In this document: piece by piece, positions 42,085 through 54,569 of the stretch | Position numbering within the stretch: the first letter of the stretch is position 1 | Layout of the letters: each line of letters starts with the position of its first letter | NCBI GenBank assembly: GCA_000182565.2 | Contig: KQ257451.1 | Source: Spizellomyces punctatus DAOM BR117 | Lineage: Eukaryota | Length of the DNA stretch: 64,000 nucleotides | Strand: one strand, 5' to 3' | The notes under the pieces: model-generated | Seen by the model: only the letters and a program-made list of their open reading frames with translations | Databases searched by the model: none | What the model was told of the DNA's origin: nothing | Made by a program: the position numbers and the translations under genes

Positions 42085-42744
42085 TCAAAAGCTTTCCAAA
42101 TGTACAATCATTTTAGCCAAACTTCCAACATCTTCAAGGCCCGGTCCCTGGGCCGATAGACTCTTCCCATTAGCGAGACCTTGGTGTTGTCGGAGATCTC
42201 CCTTCGCTCCAGGAGGTCGCAGCCATCCCCCGGCCTGATCCACATCCCACCCGCTCTTGGCTGCTAATTCCATGGCCTCTGCTGGTGCCCCTAGTCCCAA
42301 TAATGCAGCAGCATCCACAGCGGAAATGCTTTCATAGGAATTGGCTATCAAAGCAAATGTTCGCTCCTGAACTGCATTCCTAAGTCGAAGCACTAGGACT
42401 TCCAGTATTGATGACCATTGTGTCGACGCCATGGCTGAATATACGGAAGGTAGATCCCGATTCCACAAATGGCTTGCGACTGTAGTCACGGCTGCGAACT
42501 CGGGGGTTTGTTGATCTCTGGGCGTTCGTTTAGCGACCAATCGAGCGGCAGGAAGGTCATTTTGAATGAGATGAGCTAGTTGGAGAACCGAGTATAGGCT
42601 GGGTTCGTTTCCGCTAGGTACCGCCCCTGCTGGCCCATCCATGGGAGAGGACAGCACCAGAGAATTCCGCAGTTCGAGGTCTTCCGCTAAGGCTATGAGT
42701 TGGGGTATGTCGCCCTTGGAAATGCATTGGTATATCTCGTCCAT
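42085..42744 (-). CDS. CSN8: COP9 signalosome subunit 8 (PCI domain), intronless
   Basis: LYSVLQLAHLIQNDLPAARLVAKR.P; LWNRDLPSVY; RTFALIANSYESIS; C-terminal LAKMIVHLE. Confidence 0.85.
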   Translation of the reverse strand: MDEIYQCISKGDIPQLIALAEDLELRNSLVLSSPMDGPAGAVPSGNEPSLYSVLQLAHLIQNDLPAARLVAKRTPRDQQTPEFAAVTTVASHLWNRDLPSVYSAMASTQWSSILEVLVLRLRNAVQERTFALIANSYESISAVDAAALLGLGAPAEAMELAAKSGWDVDQAGGWLRPPGAKGDLRQHQGLANGKSLSAQGPGLEDVGSLAKMIVHLESF

Positions 42745-42852
42745 TATACAGTGGCAAAGATCTCAGGAAACGAAGAACTCCCAGATCAAGGTTTCGGGGT
42801 GGTGAGTCATATAGGGGGAGACCCGACAAAAGAAAAGGCGAGAGCAGTTCAA

Positions 42853-42924
42853 CTCCGCATCGGGGAATCGAACCCCGGCCACCGCGGTGAAAGCGCGGGA
42901 TCCTAACCACTGGACCAATGCGGA
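42853..42924 (-). tRNA. tRNA-Glu (anticodon UUC)
   Basis: TCCGCATTGGTCCAGTGGTTAGGATCCCGCGCTTTCACCGCGGTGGCCGGGGTTCGATTCCCCGATGCGGAG; cloverleaf, A/B boxes, downstream T-run. Confidence 0.97.
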
Positions 42925-43426
42925 CTACAAATGCAGTTGGCATAAGGTCCTATCGTAATATTAAGAAATCTGGTAACTTGCCGATTATGCATGTAACAAA
43001 GTAGAATTGCCACTTCTTAATGAGATGTCAAATAGACAAACAATATCATAGCAGTCGTTCATCAATCTTCTTTCTTTTTCAATTGACCATATCTAGCGGT
43101 AAACGGTTTCGGTCATTAATCCATCAAAACCGGCCCATGATTCGTAATGGTCAATTAATGGAGGTTCCCACTGTCTACGCGGCCACTTGATATACTCGAA
43201 ATACGATACCTAGTAAATTAAATGGAAACTACAACCGATTGTAACCGTATTCGTGCGAAAACGAAGGAAGTATAATAAGATTTCCAATGTCGACTTATGG
43301 AAGTCAGCATGAAGGAGGTTTTCTTCGTAAGCTTCAATTCGCTATAGCAGACAACGGTATTGTAACAAAGTCACACAAAACAGTGTAGTCATGAAATTGA
43401 CAAAAAGGACCGGTCGGAGAAGCAAG

Positions 43427-43498
43427 CTCCGCATCGGGGAATCGAACCCCGGCCACCGCGGTGAAAGCGCGGGATCCTAACCACTGGACCAATGCGGA
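43427..43498 (-). tRNA. tRNA-Glu (anticodon UUC), identical second copy
   Basis: Identical 72-nt sequence; TTTTT terminator at 43402-43406. Confidence 0.97.
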
Positions 43499-43816
43499 TG
43501 CGTTACAGCTCTTTACTTCTGCATATTGACATCGCGTTTACAGTTGGCAGATTGTATCATGGTTTAGAATACAAGTATATAAGCACTTTGATGAGTAGCT
43601 CGTGCCGTGGTGTTCGACTGTCATCCAGAGTGGAAAGATGGCAAGCCTGGAACGATGGCACTCATTCTATTAAAAACTACCAAGGCAGTTTTGATGACAC
43701 CTTGAATACCAGGGTCCTGGGCTCGTGGTAGCGTTGCTAGGTTTTCGATTACGTACTCGCGAACTGGGAGTCGTTGGACGTGGCGGAAACCAACTCTAGT
43801 GGTCGCCCGTTGTTAA

Positions 43817-46016
43817 ATGGCATTTCAAAACTCCTCCGCTGCATCCCTATTGTTCACTGATCCTCTCAGGAGCACGCCAACAACTGCCAATCTTATCCAA
43901 TCTACACTAGTAGTATGGGGCTCACAACTGGTTTTCTTTGGTGTGGGTTGGGTGTTTGTTATGGAGAAGTTGTTCAAGGACTATGAGGTCAGGAATGGTC
44001 TCGTTCGGATAGTCTTTGCAGCAACGTTTGCCGCGAGCTGCACGTTATTTGAGATGATAATCTTTGAAATTGGGGGCGTACTGGACGCGAGGTATTGCCG
44101 CCACCTGTGCAAACACGATAACCGGACTGACAGTCAGCATTTTTTTCTCTACCAGTTCCCGATGGTTACATTGGAAGATTACCCTCTATGTCATGCTAGT
44201 CAACGTAATTGCCCTTTTGCCCTTCTATCAATTCTACATTTGCTTTGCCGAACGAGAAAGTGGTAAGGGGATCGGTGCTGCAAAGCTTGTTGTGAAACTC
44301 ATGCGTTGACTAATTCTGGTCTTTCTGCTCAGTATGGCTTCGAAGTAATAGATGGGCTTTGGCTACTTGCTGCTGGATAGTATATCTCTACTTGTTTTGG
44401 AAAATAGGAGACCAATTTCCCATCAATACTGCCCAAGATCGCGCTGCGAGCAGTAGGTTTCCCAATCCATTTGTAATATGTCCGGTGTGAGTTCTTACGA
44501 TGCATGATGGACCCCTAGGCATTTTTTTTGGAATTGAGCCAGGGATGGGGCGAGTTGGAGTCATAGGCGTGACTATAATGGCCATCCTGTCAGGATTTGG
44601 CGCTGTCAATTCTCCGTATACCACGCTATCCTTCTTTCTACGGTAGAATCCATCCCAAAATCAGCCCTCCCCTTTGCCGGTCTCACATTTTGGCAGTCAG
44701 GTTACAGACACGGACGTAATCTCAGCAGAAAAGAAGCTTCTCCAGACGATGGACATGGTCTTGAGCAAGAAGAAGAAGATCCTTCTCGCTCAACGACGAC
44801 AGCAGGCTATGGGGGAGGTGCGGATTGCTCTCTTGATTGGATTTTCGGGTTTCGACGAAGAACCCGTAGAACGTATTATTCGCTCACATATCCCACTCTG
44901 GTAGCAACACATCGTGGGCGTTGGTGGATTCATGAGGAACATGTTCAATAAAGTTACTGGGGGATTTGGTCTGGGTAATGAAAGTACGTACTAGGTAAAG
45001 TGAACATTCCGGTAGACTACGCTGAACATGTTCATCTTTAGATATCGGCATTTTGGCTCACGAAATCAAAGCGCTTGAAACAGTTATGCAGCAATTATTT
45101 ATGGATCTCGATGATCTTAACTCTGAACGGGTATGCAGAGAATGTCATGGCGACCACGGGCAGAGACATAATAGCGCTCTTGATACGAAAAGGAACGCAT
45201 CAAATATTCTAAAACCTTCAAAGGGCACTATTTTAATATTCTGGGATACATATTCTCTGCATATTGTTTGTGGAAAGTGTTTACGGTACGCTACCAGTCA
45301 TATTCTCTGAAGGAATGCAATATACTTATTATCGACGAGTGCATCTCGCAGTCAACACTGAACATTGTATTCAACCGTGTGGGGGGAACCGACCCAGTGA
45401 CACATGGATTGAATCTATTGGTACATCACGTTGGAATTGAGGTGGACGTGACCTTCTGGGCTCCTCAGCTATCATTTGTATTTGTTGGAGTGCTTGTGGT
45501 GTGCTCCATCCGCGGATTGCTCATTCAGTTTATGAAGGTAATGATATCCGTTGCCGGCTATCGTGAAGAAATCCAACGATTCATCTCTTTGCGCAATTAG
45601 TTCTTCCGTGCATTCTCATCCTCCCTATCACCCAACAACATTGTGCTTTTCTTGGCACACGTAATGGGAATGTATTTTCTGAGTACTGTGCTGATGATGC
45701 GAATGAGTGTTCCTCCCCAATACCGGACAATCATCACGAATGTCCTCGGAAGAATTGAATTCAACTTTTACCACCGATGGTTTGACGTTATATTTTTGGT
45801 TAGTGCTATCGCAAGTGGTGGATTCATTATGGTCTGTATCGTATTCTCCTTAGTGTCTTGAAGTGGACGTACCGAGAAGAGCTAATGCAACACTTTGTGA
45901 CAGATCCTTACACAACTGCAGAAGCAGCGAGATCTTGATAATGCTATATGGGCTGGTGGCGGACCAAGTGCCGGTGGACGAGGGGTGTTAGGGAAAACGA
46001 AGCCCTTGTATGATTG
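43817..46016 (+). CDS. GPR89: Golgi pH regulator GPR89/GPHR (GTG-type)
   Basis: [63 protein letters not shown]...[16 protein letters not shown]. Confidence 0.95.
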
Positions 46017-46271
46017 ACAGGTCACCTTCCGAGATGATGAAAGACTCCCATTTTCTGTAGCTGGAGACGGAAGAGTCGGGTATTAAACACGGTCTTGATT
46101 TAGCTCTGGGTGAAACGAATGAAGTTGCGCTTCTGCACCAAGATAGTCCCTTGTATAGACGTGACGTATGGCGTAGCGTATGTTGAATATATAGGAATCA
46201 CGCAATAACAACCGTCAGGCTCCTCACAGATTGGGGCAACCCTGATCACTGTCAATTTTTCTTTCTCATTT

Positions 46272-47301
46272 TTAGAGATCCTGCCTCTCAGTTGCCTGAT
46301 TTAATAGCCCCTCCTCTTTTAACAGTTCTTCAATCTCATGTGGTTTGTAAAGCTTGTATATCACCTTGCCTCCTGAACTACGATGGAGGGTGGCAAATTC
46401 CACTTCAAACAAGATTTGGAAAGGATACGGTCAGAACACTCGTTGTATCTCACAGGTTCATAGAGACGCTTACATTTGTCGCTACCCATGTTGGTGGTAT
46501 CCATTGTTTTTGACAGCACTTTGATTGCCAGACTCTTTGCTTCCTTTAGTCCCATTTCCTCCTTGTAATCTTGCTTCAAGATGCTTTGCGCGTTTGATGA
46601 GTTTGCTCCGATGCAGGTTGCCTTCCATCCGCTGTAATTTCCAGATGGGTCAGAATGGTAAAGCTGGAAGCCAAAATGCTCATCGTATCCGGCGTATAGG
46701 AATGACACTCCGAAGGGGCGTAGGCCTAATTTGCAGTCAATTACTGTCGCTCGACACGGATTCTTGGGGCTTTGCCCATGCCTTCAAGTTCGGCAGTAAA
46801 TACCTCCATATTGTGTGTAGCCTTGCTTCAGATCACAGAGTCGTTGTACTAATTGCTCTACTGGTATCGGTTCATCATAAGTGAAAAGATACTTTTGTGC
46901 TTCCAGGCGCGAGTAGTTGATGAGGGTGTTCGCATCTGCTGTAATCCCTGCCACAGCACAGCATGCGTGGCTACCGAAAACACGTTAAATCGGGTATTAA
47001 GCACCCGAAGTCAGGGCATAAAACCACCACTTACTCGCTTAGCTGGTAGACTTTCTCACTGCTTGCTGTTTGTTCCAACAATTTACTTGCCACCTTCTTC
47101 TCTGCTGCCAGAACAACGCCATCTGTTCCAAGGATGCCCAACGCCGTTCCGGCGTGGGAGATAGCTTCCATCGCATATTCCACCTGGTACAGCCGGCCTA
47201 CAGACGAAGCATAAGTCAATGCACAAGGGATGCTCACAATTTGAGAATATCCTGCCTTCTGGGGAGAAGATGGTTGTCCGTGAATCGTAACGGCGAGCCA
47301 T
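46272..47301 (-). CDS. PRE9: 20S proteasome subunit alpha3 (PSMA4)
   Basis: [55 protein letters not shown]. Confidence 0.97.
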
Positions 47302-47688
47302 AGTTTATAGTTTTCCTTGACAACGAAGGTAAGGTAGGTGGATGACGCCGGATGTGGATGGTCACCTAGTAGGCGCGCTCGTGGTGACGAGTCTACTGTT
47401 AGTCCAAGCTGACTGAAGCCACGTGACTTGTCACCTTTCGTACCAAGTTCTGATCGTAGCGACAGCTTCTGATAATGACAGCACTACTTGTATGATGCAG
47501 ACTGGATCTATACTGCTTTACATTCCTATCAATGCTCTATCCCAATTTATCATATGCACCTGCGCACTGCGGAGCATATCCGGTGAATACGTCAACACAA
47601 CTTGTAAGAAGTCTGGAGCACCTGTCCACGTGATTTTGAGTCCGCTTGGGCGGACATGGTCGCGCTGTGCGATTCTCTGCACTCTGAC

Positions 47689-50600
47689 ATGCAAGCATAT
47701 AAAGTTGGACCGGCGATAGGGGCCGGTCAATTTGGAAAGGTCCACGTTGCTCTCCATCGCCGTACCCTCAAACGCGTGGCCGTGAAGCTGATACCCGCAG
47801 ATCTCTCCGAGATACCTGCCTTGCAAGCAGAAATCTCAACCCACAGAGCACTGTTCCATCCCAATATCGTATGCTTGACAGACTGCTTCGAAAGCAAAGG
47901 GGAGGTATGCGTGGTAACAGAATACTGCGCGGGTGGCGACCTCTTAGCCAAATTGCAAGAAGAAGGCAGATTTGACGTTGAGAAGGTCCGCGAGGTCGCG
48001 AGGGGATTGTGCCGCGGTCTCCGGTATTTGCATGAAAAAGGGATCGTTCATAGAGATCTTAAGCTCCAGGTACCCCGACTGTGGAATGACGCATATGCGG
48101 TGACGGTGCTAATTCGCAGTGTTTTCCGCAGAACATATTACTCGATGACAAAGGGGTTGTCAAAATATGCGATTTTGGATTTTCCAGCTTTCTTCAGCAA
48201 AATGCGGCGCTCACGTCAGTCAAAGGTGGAATGAGTACTCTAATTCAACATGCGATATGGGCCAGCTTACGTTTCTGTCCTTTCCTGTAGGTACTCCCAT
48301 TTACATGGCACCAGAGCTCATACGGGAGCAACCTTACACGCACGCGATCGACCTTTGGGCACTTGGCGTGATCCTCTACGAGGTAATTCTCAGCCTGGAC
48401 CATATCTCCGTACGAAATTTCCCGTCTCTAAATTCGATTTCAGTTATTTGTGGGTATCCCGCCTTTCTATACCACCAATATCTTCAAACTCGTCAACTTG
48501 ATATTGGAGGAATCGATAAAATGGCCGCCAGATATACCTCCTGATCTTCGCAATTTTTTGGAAGGTCTCTTACGGAAGGATCCCCGTGACCGATTGAATT
48601 GGCCGGAATTGGCCGATCATCCATTTCTTGAAGAGCAGAAGCCAACGGCCGCAAGGGAGCTCGCCAGGCACCTAGATTCCGCCATTGATTTGCCAGAGAA
48701 GCCCTCTCACCGGGATGGGGAAGCCGGTGGCTTAAACGGGGGGAGCATCAGTCGGAGTGGTAATGCAGGAGACGGCGTACTTTCTCGTCCGCCGTCCGCC
48801 GATAGCGGAGCAGGACACGTCTCGCTGTCCCATCCTCGGAACCGCCTTCTCACTGCAGCCGGTCAGATCGACTGGAGCGCGCTTCATGACCTGGCCGGCA
48901 CCGCCACATTCATAGACGTTCTCTTCGACCCACGGATCATCAATGGTATTGCGCGCGGTATGATCATGTTTCATGCTGGAAACTGTCAAGACTCGAAATC
49001 TCAATCAGCTCTATTGGCCGTGTTGAACATCGTTGAGCAGTTGTTTCTAGGTATTAAATCAGCTGTCAACACGATGCCCGCGAGACTGGACCCGTCCCAA
49101 ATTCAACATTTGCAGTCTTTTATGCGCACGGCGCTCGTCTGGCTGGCGTCCTTACTCAAGGGGTTCAGCACCGCCATCAACGAAACAACAGCGTCAGTCT
49201 TGAATCAGGTACTGATTGCATATGATGCAGCGCTGCACACCATGTTTTCATTGCTGGACCGCGATATTCCTTCGGTTTCATCACGCCCAGTGACCCCTGT
49301 GTCAAGGCAATCGCAGCCACGTCCTGGCACGCCGTCATCAATGCACATGTCGTGGGCTCTCTTAAGTGTAGTCACGCAGACATTTCTTCCTCTGCTTTCT
49401 CGCTTGCTCCGTGGATCTATGAGTGTTCAGCTGTTGTCGCTCCAAGCAACTACTTCAGTGTTCCGACTCATCCGAAGGTCCCCCCAAGAAATCCGTCTGA
49501 ATCACTATGATGATATACTCAACTTGGAACTCATTTTGCACATTGTCAGATGCCTCGACGAGTGCGACAACAGAGTCATCCGAGACGTTTTAATTGCGGT
49601 GGATGTTTTGATAGGATATCAGATTTGGGAACACGTATCTGCAGATCTGTCAGCAGCGATGACTAGTCGCGAATTAGATGTCCTTAAGGGTTTCCTCAGC
49701 GCCATCGAAAGTGGACTAAAATCGAGAAAACGGCTTGATTCCATCTGCCAGCTACTTGGAGGACCTGATTTTGGACTTGCGGCGAAAGTACTATTGGCAT
49801 GCTTGCATTATTCTCGCGATCTTATTGCGGAAGTAGCCAACATCTCAGATGTTGAAAAATCGTGCATGGATAGGCTGGAAGGCAAGCATTCGGAGCCAGC
49901 TGATCAGCATCTGGCGCTTCTTCTGGTCGCAGAGTTACTTGCGGTTGATCCACACTTAGCGGGGAAAATGGCGCTCATGATACAGTCGATTTTGGATGGC
50001 ATCGCGGAGGAACAACATGACGCCATATGGCTCTCGTGCCTGATGCGATGCCTGTGTTCAATGGGGACGCAACTGCTTCCCGCATATGGACAAGCGCTGC
50101 AGTCGATGTACTCTCAGCTCCTAGACGCAACTAGGACGACTTCGGACCTTTCGAAAATGGGGAATATGCCGGTCCCACTCTTGGAAGCACCTTGCATGTT
50201 ACTGGAATGCATGACAGAGAGGATGATGGACTCCTTAACGTCCTCTACCTTTTGGGCACAAGCATTGACCTATCTGCCCGATATGTTGGAGCTCAATAGG
50301 CGATCGCAGGCCGAAGGCTACGGTCCTTTAATGACTCTCTCGGCAGTTCGCTCGCTTGCTCGATTTGCTTATCGGGTGGCGGCGCTCAATGGAGTCCCAA
50401 TTAATGACATTGCCACTGCCGCGAATAGAATGATGGAGTTTGCGGACCCTGCCTGTTTGCATCAAAGCTGCCTGCGTACTAGATTTCACGCTTTCGGTGA
50501 CAGCGATATGGAAAAGAAGCATGATATCGTGCAACACGTAGTCGGACTTCAGTATATCCTTATATCTCATCTCCGTGCCACGCAGAGCGCCGAAGCTGCA

Positions 50601-51470
50601 ATGACGGGGAATATGATGAATATCCTTAAATTACTTTCATTCGATCTCTCCGATGATACTATATTGTTACCGTTGGCACTCTTGGATAATTACATCCTCT
50701 GCTTTCCTCAAAGTGCAACCCATGAGCTTCTAACAGCACCGACAGAGCTGGTTCGAGTGTTTTGGGAAAGGGTGATGACCGTTGGCGGCAACCGCAATAG
50801 CCTGGTGCATGGCAACTCCGAAACTACCCAACAGCGACTACGGTCAGCAATGATCTTGTTCTCTCATTTTATGCGCGGGGCACATGGGAAAAAATCGTCG
50901 ATCATGGAATCCTACCTGCTTGACATGAATATGCTTCAATATGTTCCGGCGGTCCTTATATACCCGAGCTCGGTGATTCGGGCGAAAGCATGCTCTCTAG
51001 TTGCGCAGCTAGCCCGTCTCTCCCACCGACTAGTACGGCAGATGACGAAGGTTGGTATTCTCAAGCTGATTACCGCAATGTGCCGAGCGGAAGAGGATGA
51101 GGGAGTCAGAACGAACGTGTGGAAGGCCATGATTGTGTTGGTGAAACGAATCAACGCGGAGGAGAGTCGGGATGTGGTAGAAATGGCTGTAGAGGCGATA
51201 TTATCGAAGGACAATGATGATAAGAAGGGATATGCGCTGCACGTTCTGGCTGACGCTCTAACCGGCGTTGACGGCTATGAGAATCGCGAAACGGCGAGAA
51301 AGTTGCTGGATCCAGGTGGCTTGCATGTGCTACACGAACTCGCAAATTGCATGAAAACTCCCGCAGAACCCGATGAGCGTGTAAAACAAGCATATAGATC
51401 TCGAGCCATATCTCGCTGCTTATCGATTTTGCGGGTTGCACCTGATGGAAAATTCACTTCTAACCCTTGA
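47689..51470 (+). CDS. STK36: Fused/STK36-type Ser/Thr kinase with C-terminal ARM/HEAT-like region
   Basis: [84 protein letters not shown] in the tail. Confidence 0.8.
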
Positions 51471-51643
51471 CAATGCCTTTATCACGACTTGACAAGGACT
51501 TTTTTTGTAAATATTATCTGTAGCAGGCGGTACATACAGGATGTAGTTTATTTAAAATTTCCGGCCAAAATCGCAGTCCGTCGATAAGGCCCTTATATGC
51601 TGGACGTCAGACTCAAAACTATGTACATTTTCGAGCTGGATAT

Positions 51644-53220
51644 TCATCGCATGGCATTCTCGCCATAATCTCCGACTCCCTGCTCGGCGCTGATGATGCT
51701 GATGCACTTCCATTCGTCCAAGAACGAGGCTAAAGGTAATACGAGAAATAAACCATCAGTCGGGCTCGGGCTACAAGTACGAAGGATTAGGACTACCTTT
51801 CCATAACCGAACTTTGCCATCATCACCACTTGAGGATAGAATGGTTCCTGTTACATTCCATTCCACTCGCCAGACCTGACGTAGGATGTTAGATGAGGAC
51901 GACGCTGTGCAACCTGGTATGCAGACCTCTGCTCCGTGATCACTGAAATCTGCCACCGTGTCTACTCGGAACTTTTTCTTCCCTTTTGGCGTCAATCCGG
52001 CAACGGCAGCTGCGGCCGCAGCGGGTTGCTGCCATCCACCAACACCTCCGACAGCGCCTCCTCTGGTGTTCTCGTCTGTCAATTTGAAGATGCGGACATG
52101 TCCGTCCTTGGACGCCGTGGCTATTAGCTGGTAACTGCGTCCCATATTGGGAGCCCATGCAACATCCGTCACGATGTCATTGTGTCCTCCCAGGACCTCG
52201 TGAGGCTGCCATCTGTTATGTGAATCCAATCGATAGACCTTATAACAAGGTCAGATGTTTCTCCACTGTCATGAACTCCTGCATGATTAAAACGTCATAC
52301 CTTTGCAATATTTTCCTTCCCACATCCGATAGCGAGCATTTGCGGTTGAAACCTTGACGGACACCACGATAAACAATAATGGGCATCTGGCTCCTTACTG
52401 CTACCAGTACCAACTTCTATTTCATCCTGATGGAGAAATATATTGTCGATGAAAAAGTATCAAATAGCGGCATTGTGCGAGACTATTATTAACCGTACCA
52501 TGAGCGTCCAATGGCTTAATTGTATTACGTCCATAGCTTCGTAGATTCGTACAATGCCATCAGCTGAACATGATGCCTGAGATTACGAGTATGACTACCA
52601 CGCGGCTCATGCTGGTGACCATCACTGTTCACTCACCAGTTTCAATCCTAAATGGTTCGGTGCAAACTCAATATCTTGGACTGTTCCTTTGCTGTCCGCT
52701 AATCTTGCCTTCTCTACCCACTTCCGCCCTCCTGTGTATGCATCTGCTCGATCCGGTCTCTAATCAGATTCACGGCGTCCGACCAGTGTCAAAACCCCAC
52801 AGATACATGGGGGAGGGCGTACCATGCTTTTGCTCTTCCCATATTCGTACGCTCCTGTCGAAGGAGCACGATGCAAAGACTTGCCCATATTCCGGATGTG
52901 CCCAGGAAGCTTTTAAAATAGACGAGTCGTGGCCCTGAGAGTGCACACCTATTAGCACAAATGACTGGGAGTGGGATAGAGGAATAAAGAAGTACCTTCC
53001 AAGTGTCATTTAGCACCCACAGGTTTGTTTGACGGTCCATATCCCACACTTTAAGTTTCTGGTCAGACGAGCAAGTCTGGACAGGGCATGTCAAAATAAG
53101 TCGGAATTTTCCATGTTCTACTTTTCCAGCACGCACCACGAGTCGGTTCCCGTAAAAGTCATAAGCGACATCGTGTATAAGGTCCTCATGGCCGGCTGAA
53201 AACTGGGTTACTTCGTTCAT
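51644..53220 (-). CDS. SEH1: Nucleoporin / SEA-GATOR2 subunit Seh1
   Basis: [77 protein letters not shown]. Confidence 0.95.
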
Positions 53221-53449
53221 CTGGTGATGTTCAAGTCGCTCCAAATCCTCCACAAGACTCGCGTAGCATCCCAAGTTAATGACCTTCATTTTTCCCTTTT
53301 GGGCTGTACTTGCTAAATATGGTTATATGAGCTGCGCCATGTCTACAGCAGGCGAGTTGATACTTTGCAAGCAGCCGTTAGAACAGATTTCTCTCTGCAC
53401 AACAAGTCCAAATTGCCCAGCTTCGTACAGGGAAGGACAATACATCGCA

Positions 53450-54325
53450 ATGGCCAAGATCTCAAACGCCGGTAGGTGTTTTGTTTGTGAGAGAGTAGTG
53501 AACGAACGTGGGAGAGCTGAGATGGATGGATGGATGGATGAATGGATGTGATTGATGCGTTGACGTGACTTTGCATGCTGACATGCTTTTCTGCGTAGTG
53601 TCCTCCAGCCGTCGTAAGAGCCGAAAGGCGCACTTCTCTGCGCCCTCCAGCCTTAGGCGCAAGATCATGTCTGCGCCCTTGGACAAGGAACTGAGGGAGA
53701 AGTACAACGTACGTGGAAATTGAAATGTTTGTGAATTAGAGTGGGAGGGAGAGGGGCGAACCACTGCGGACAGACGAGATCGGCCTGCTGCCAATATACT
53801 GTCTGGTGGAAAGCCCCCTCGTTTTGCTGAAAGCATTCGAGGCGAGGGTTGGGCACAGCAAAGCGGAAAGCTGATTATATCTCGCTTTCTGCAGTGCCGC
53901 TCCATCCCCATCCGCAAGGATGACGAGGTGAAGATTGTCCGGGGTACCTACAACGGTCGGGAGGGCAAGGTCACCACTGTTTACCGTAAGAAGTGGTGCA
54001 TCTACGTTGAGAAGGTCACCCGCGACAAGGTCAACGGTAAGCATTTTTTGAATGCTGTTTCCACCACTGTATTGCGTGCCTCATATTTTTCGACCGTAGG
54101 TGCTTCCGTCCAGATCCCCATTCACCCTTCCAAGGTGGTCATCACCAAATTGAAGCTCGACAAGGACCGCAAGGACTTGCTTGAGCGCAAGGCCGCTGGC
54201 CGCAAGACTGAGGCCAAGACCGAGCAGGTGTGTTACAACTCGCCAGTATTTAGTCCTCTGCGTCGACTCAATTGCTGAAACTCTCTTCTTTGGCTGTTGT
54301 TTTCGTCATTGATGTTGTATAGTAA
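53450..54325 (+). CDS. RPL26: 60S ribosomal protein uL24 (L26)
   Basis: [64 protein letters not shown]. Confidence 0.97.
53521..53548 (+). repeat. (GGAT)n microsatellite in RPL26 intron 1
   Basis: gatggatggatggatggatgaatggatg. Confidence 0.85.
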
Positions 54326-54569
54326 ATATAATGCTGTTCTTTAATATACTTGTGTGCCTTCTAAATTTTGGGGGTTGTTATCTGTTGTCATTGCATATAC
54401 TACCATTTTACACATCGAACTCGCTGATGAGAAAGACTGCCCTCTGTAATTGCTAGGCGGCTTTCGAACTCGATGTTGCGGTCACGTGATTAATTGCTAT
54501 AGCAACAGTATAAAAAAAAGACGAGCCGAATTGCTATAAAAAGGGAGTGCATCGTCCTCACATCCCTTA

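Noticed and set aside
42614..42943. 109-aa minus-strand ORF upstream of CSN8
   Set aside because: It reads through the tRNA-Glu gene; spurious
46410..46430. GTATCCTTT (U12-type donor consensus) on the minus strand in PRE9
   Set aside because: Lies inside an ordinary GTAAGC...AG intron, not at an exon boundary; no U12 intron could be supported in this window
47310..47375. RFX X-box-like sequences upstream of STK36 and other ciliary genes
   Set aside because: Matches are degenerate and not consistently present upstream of CCDC40, SPAG8 or TTC29
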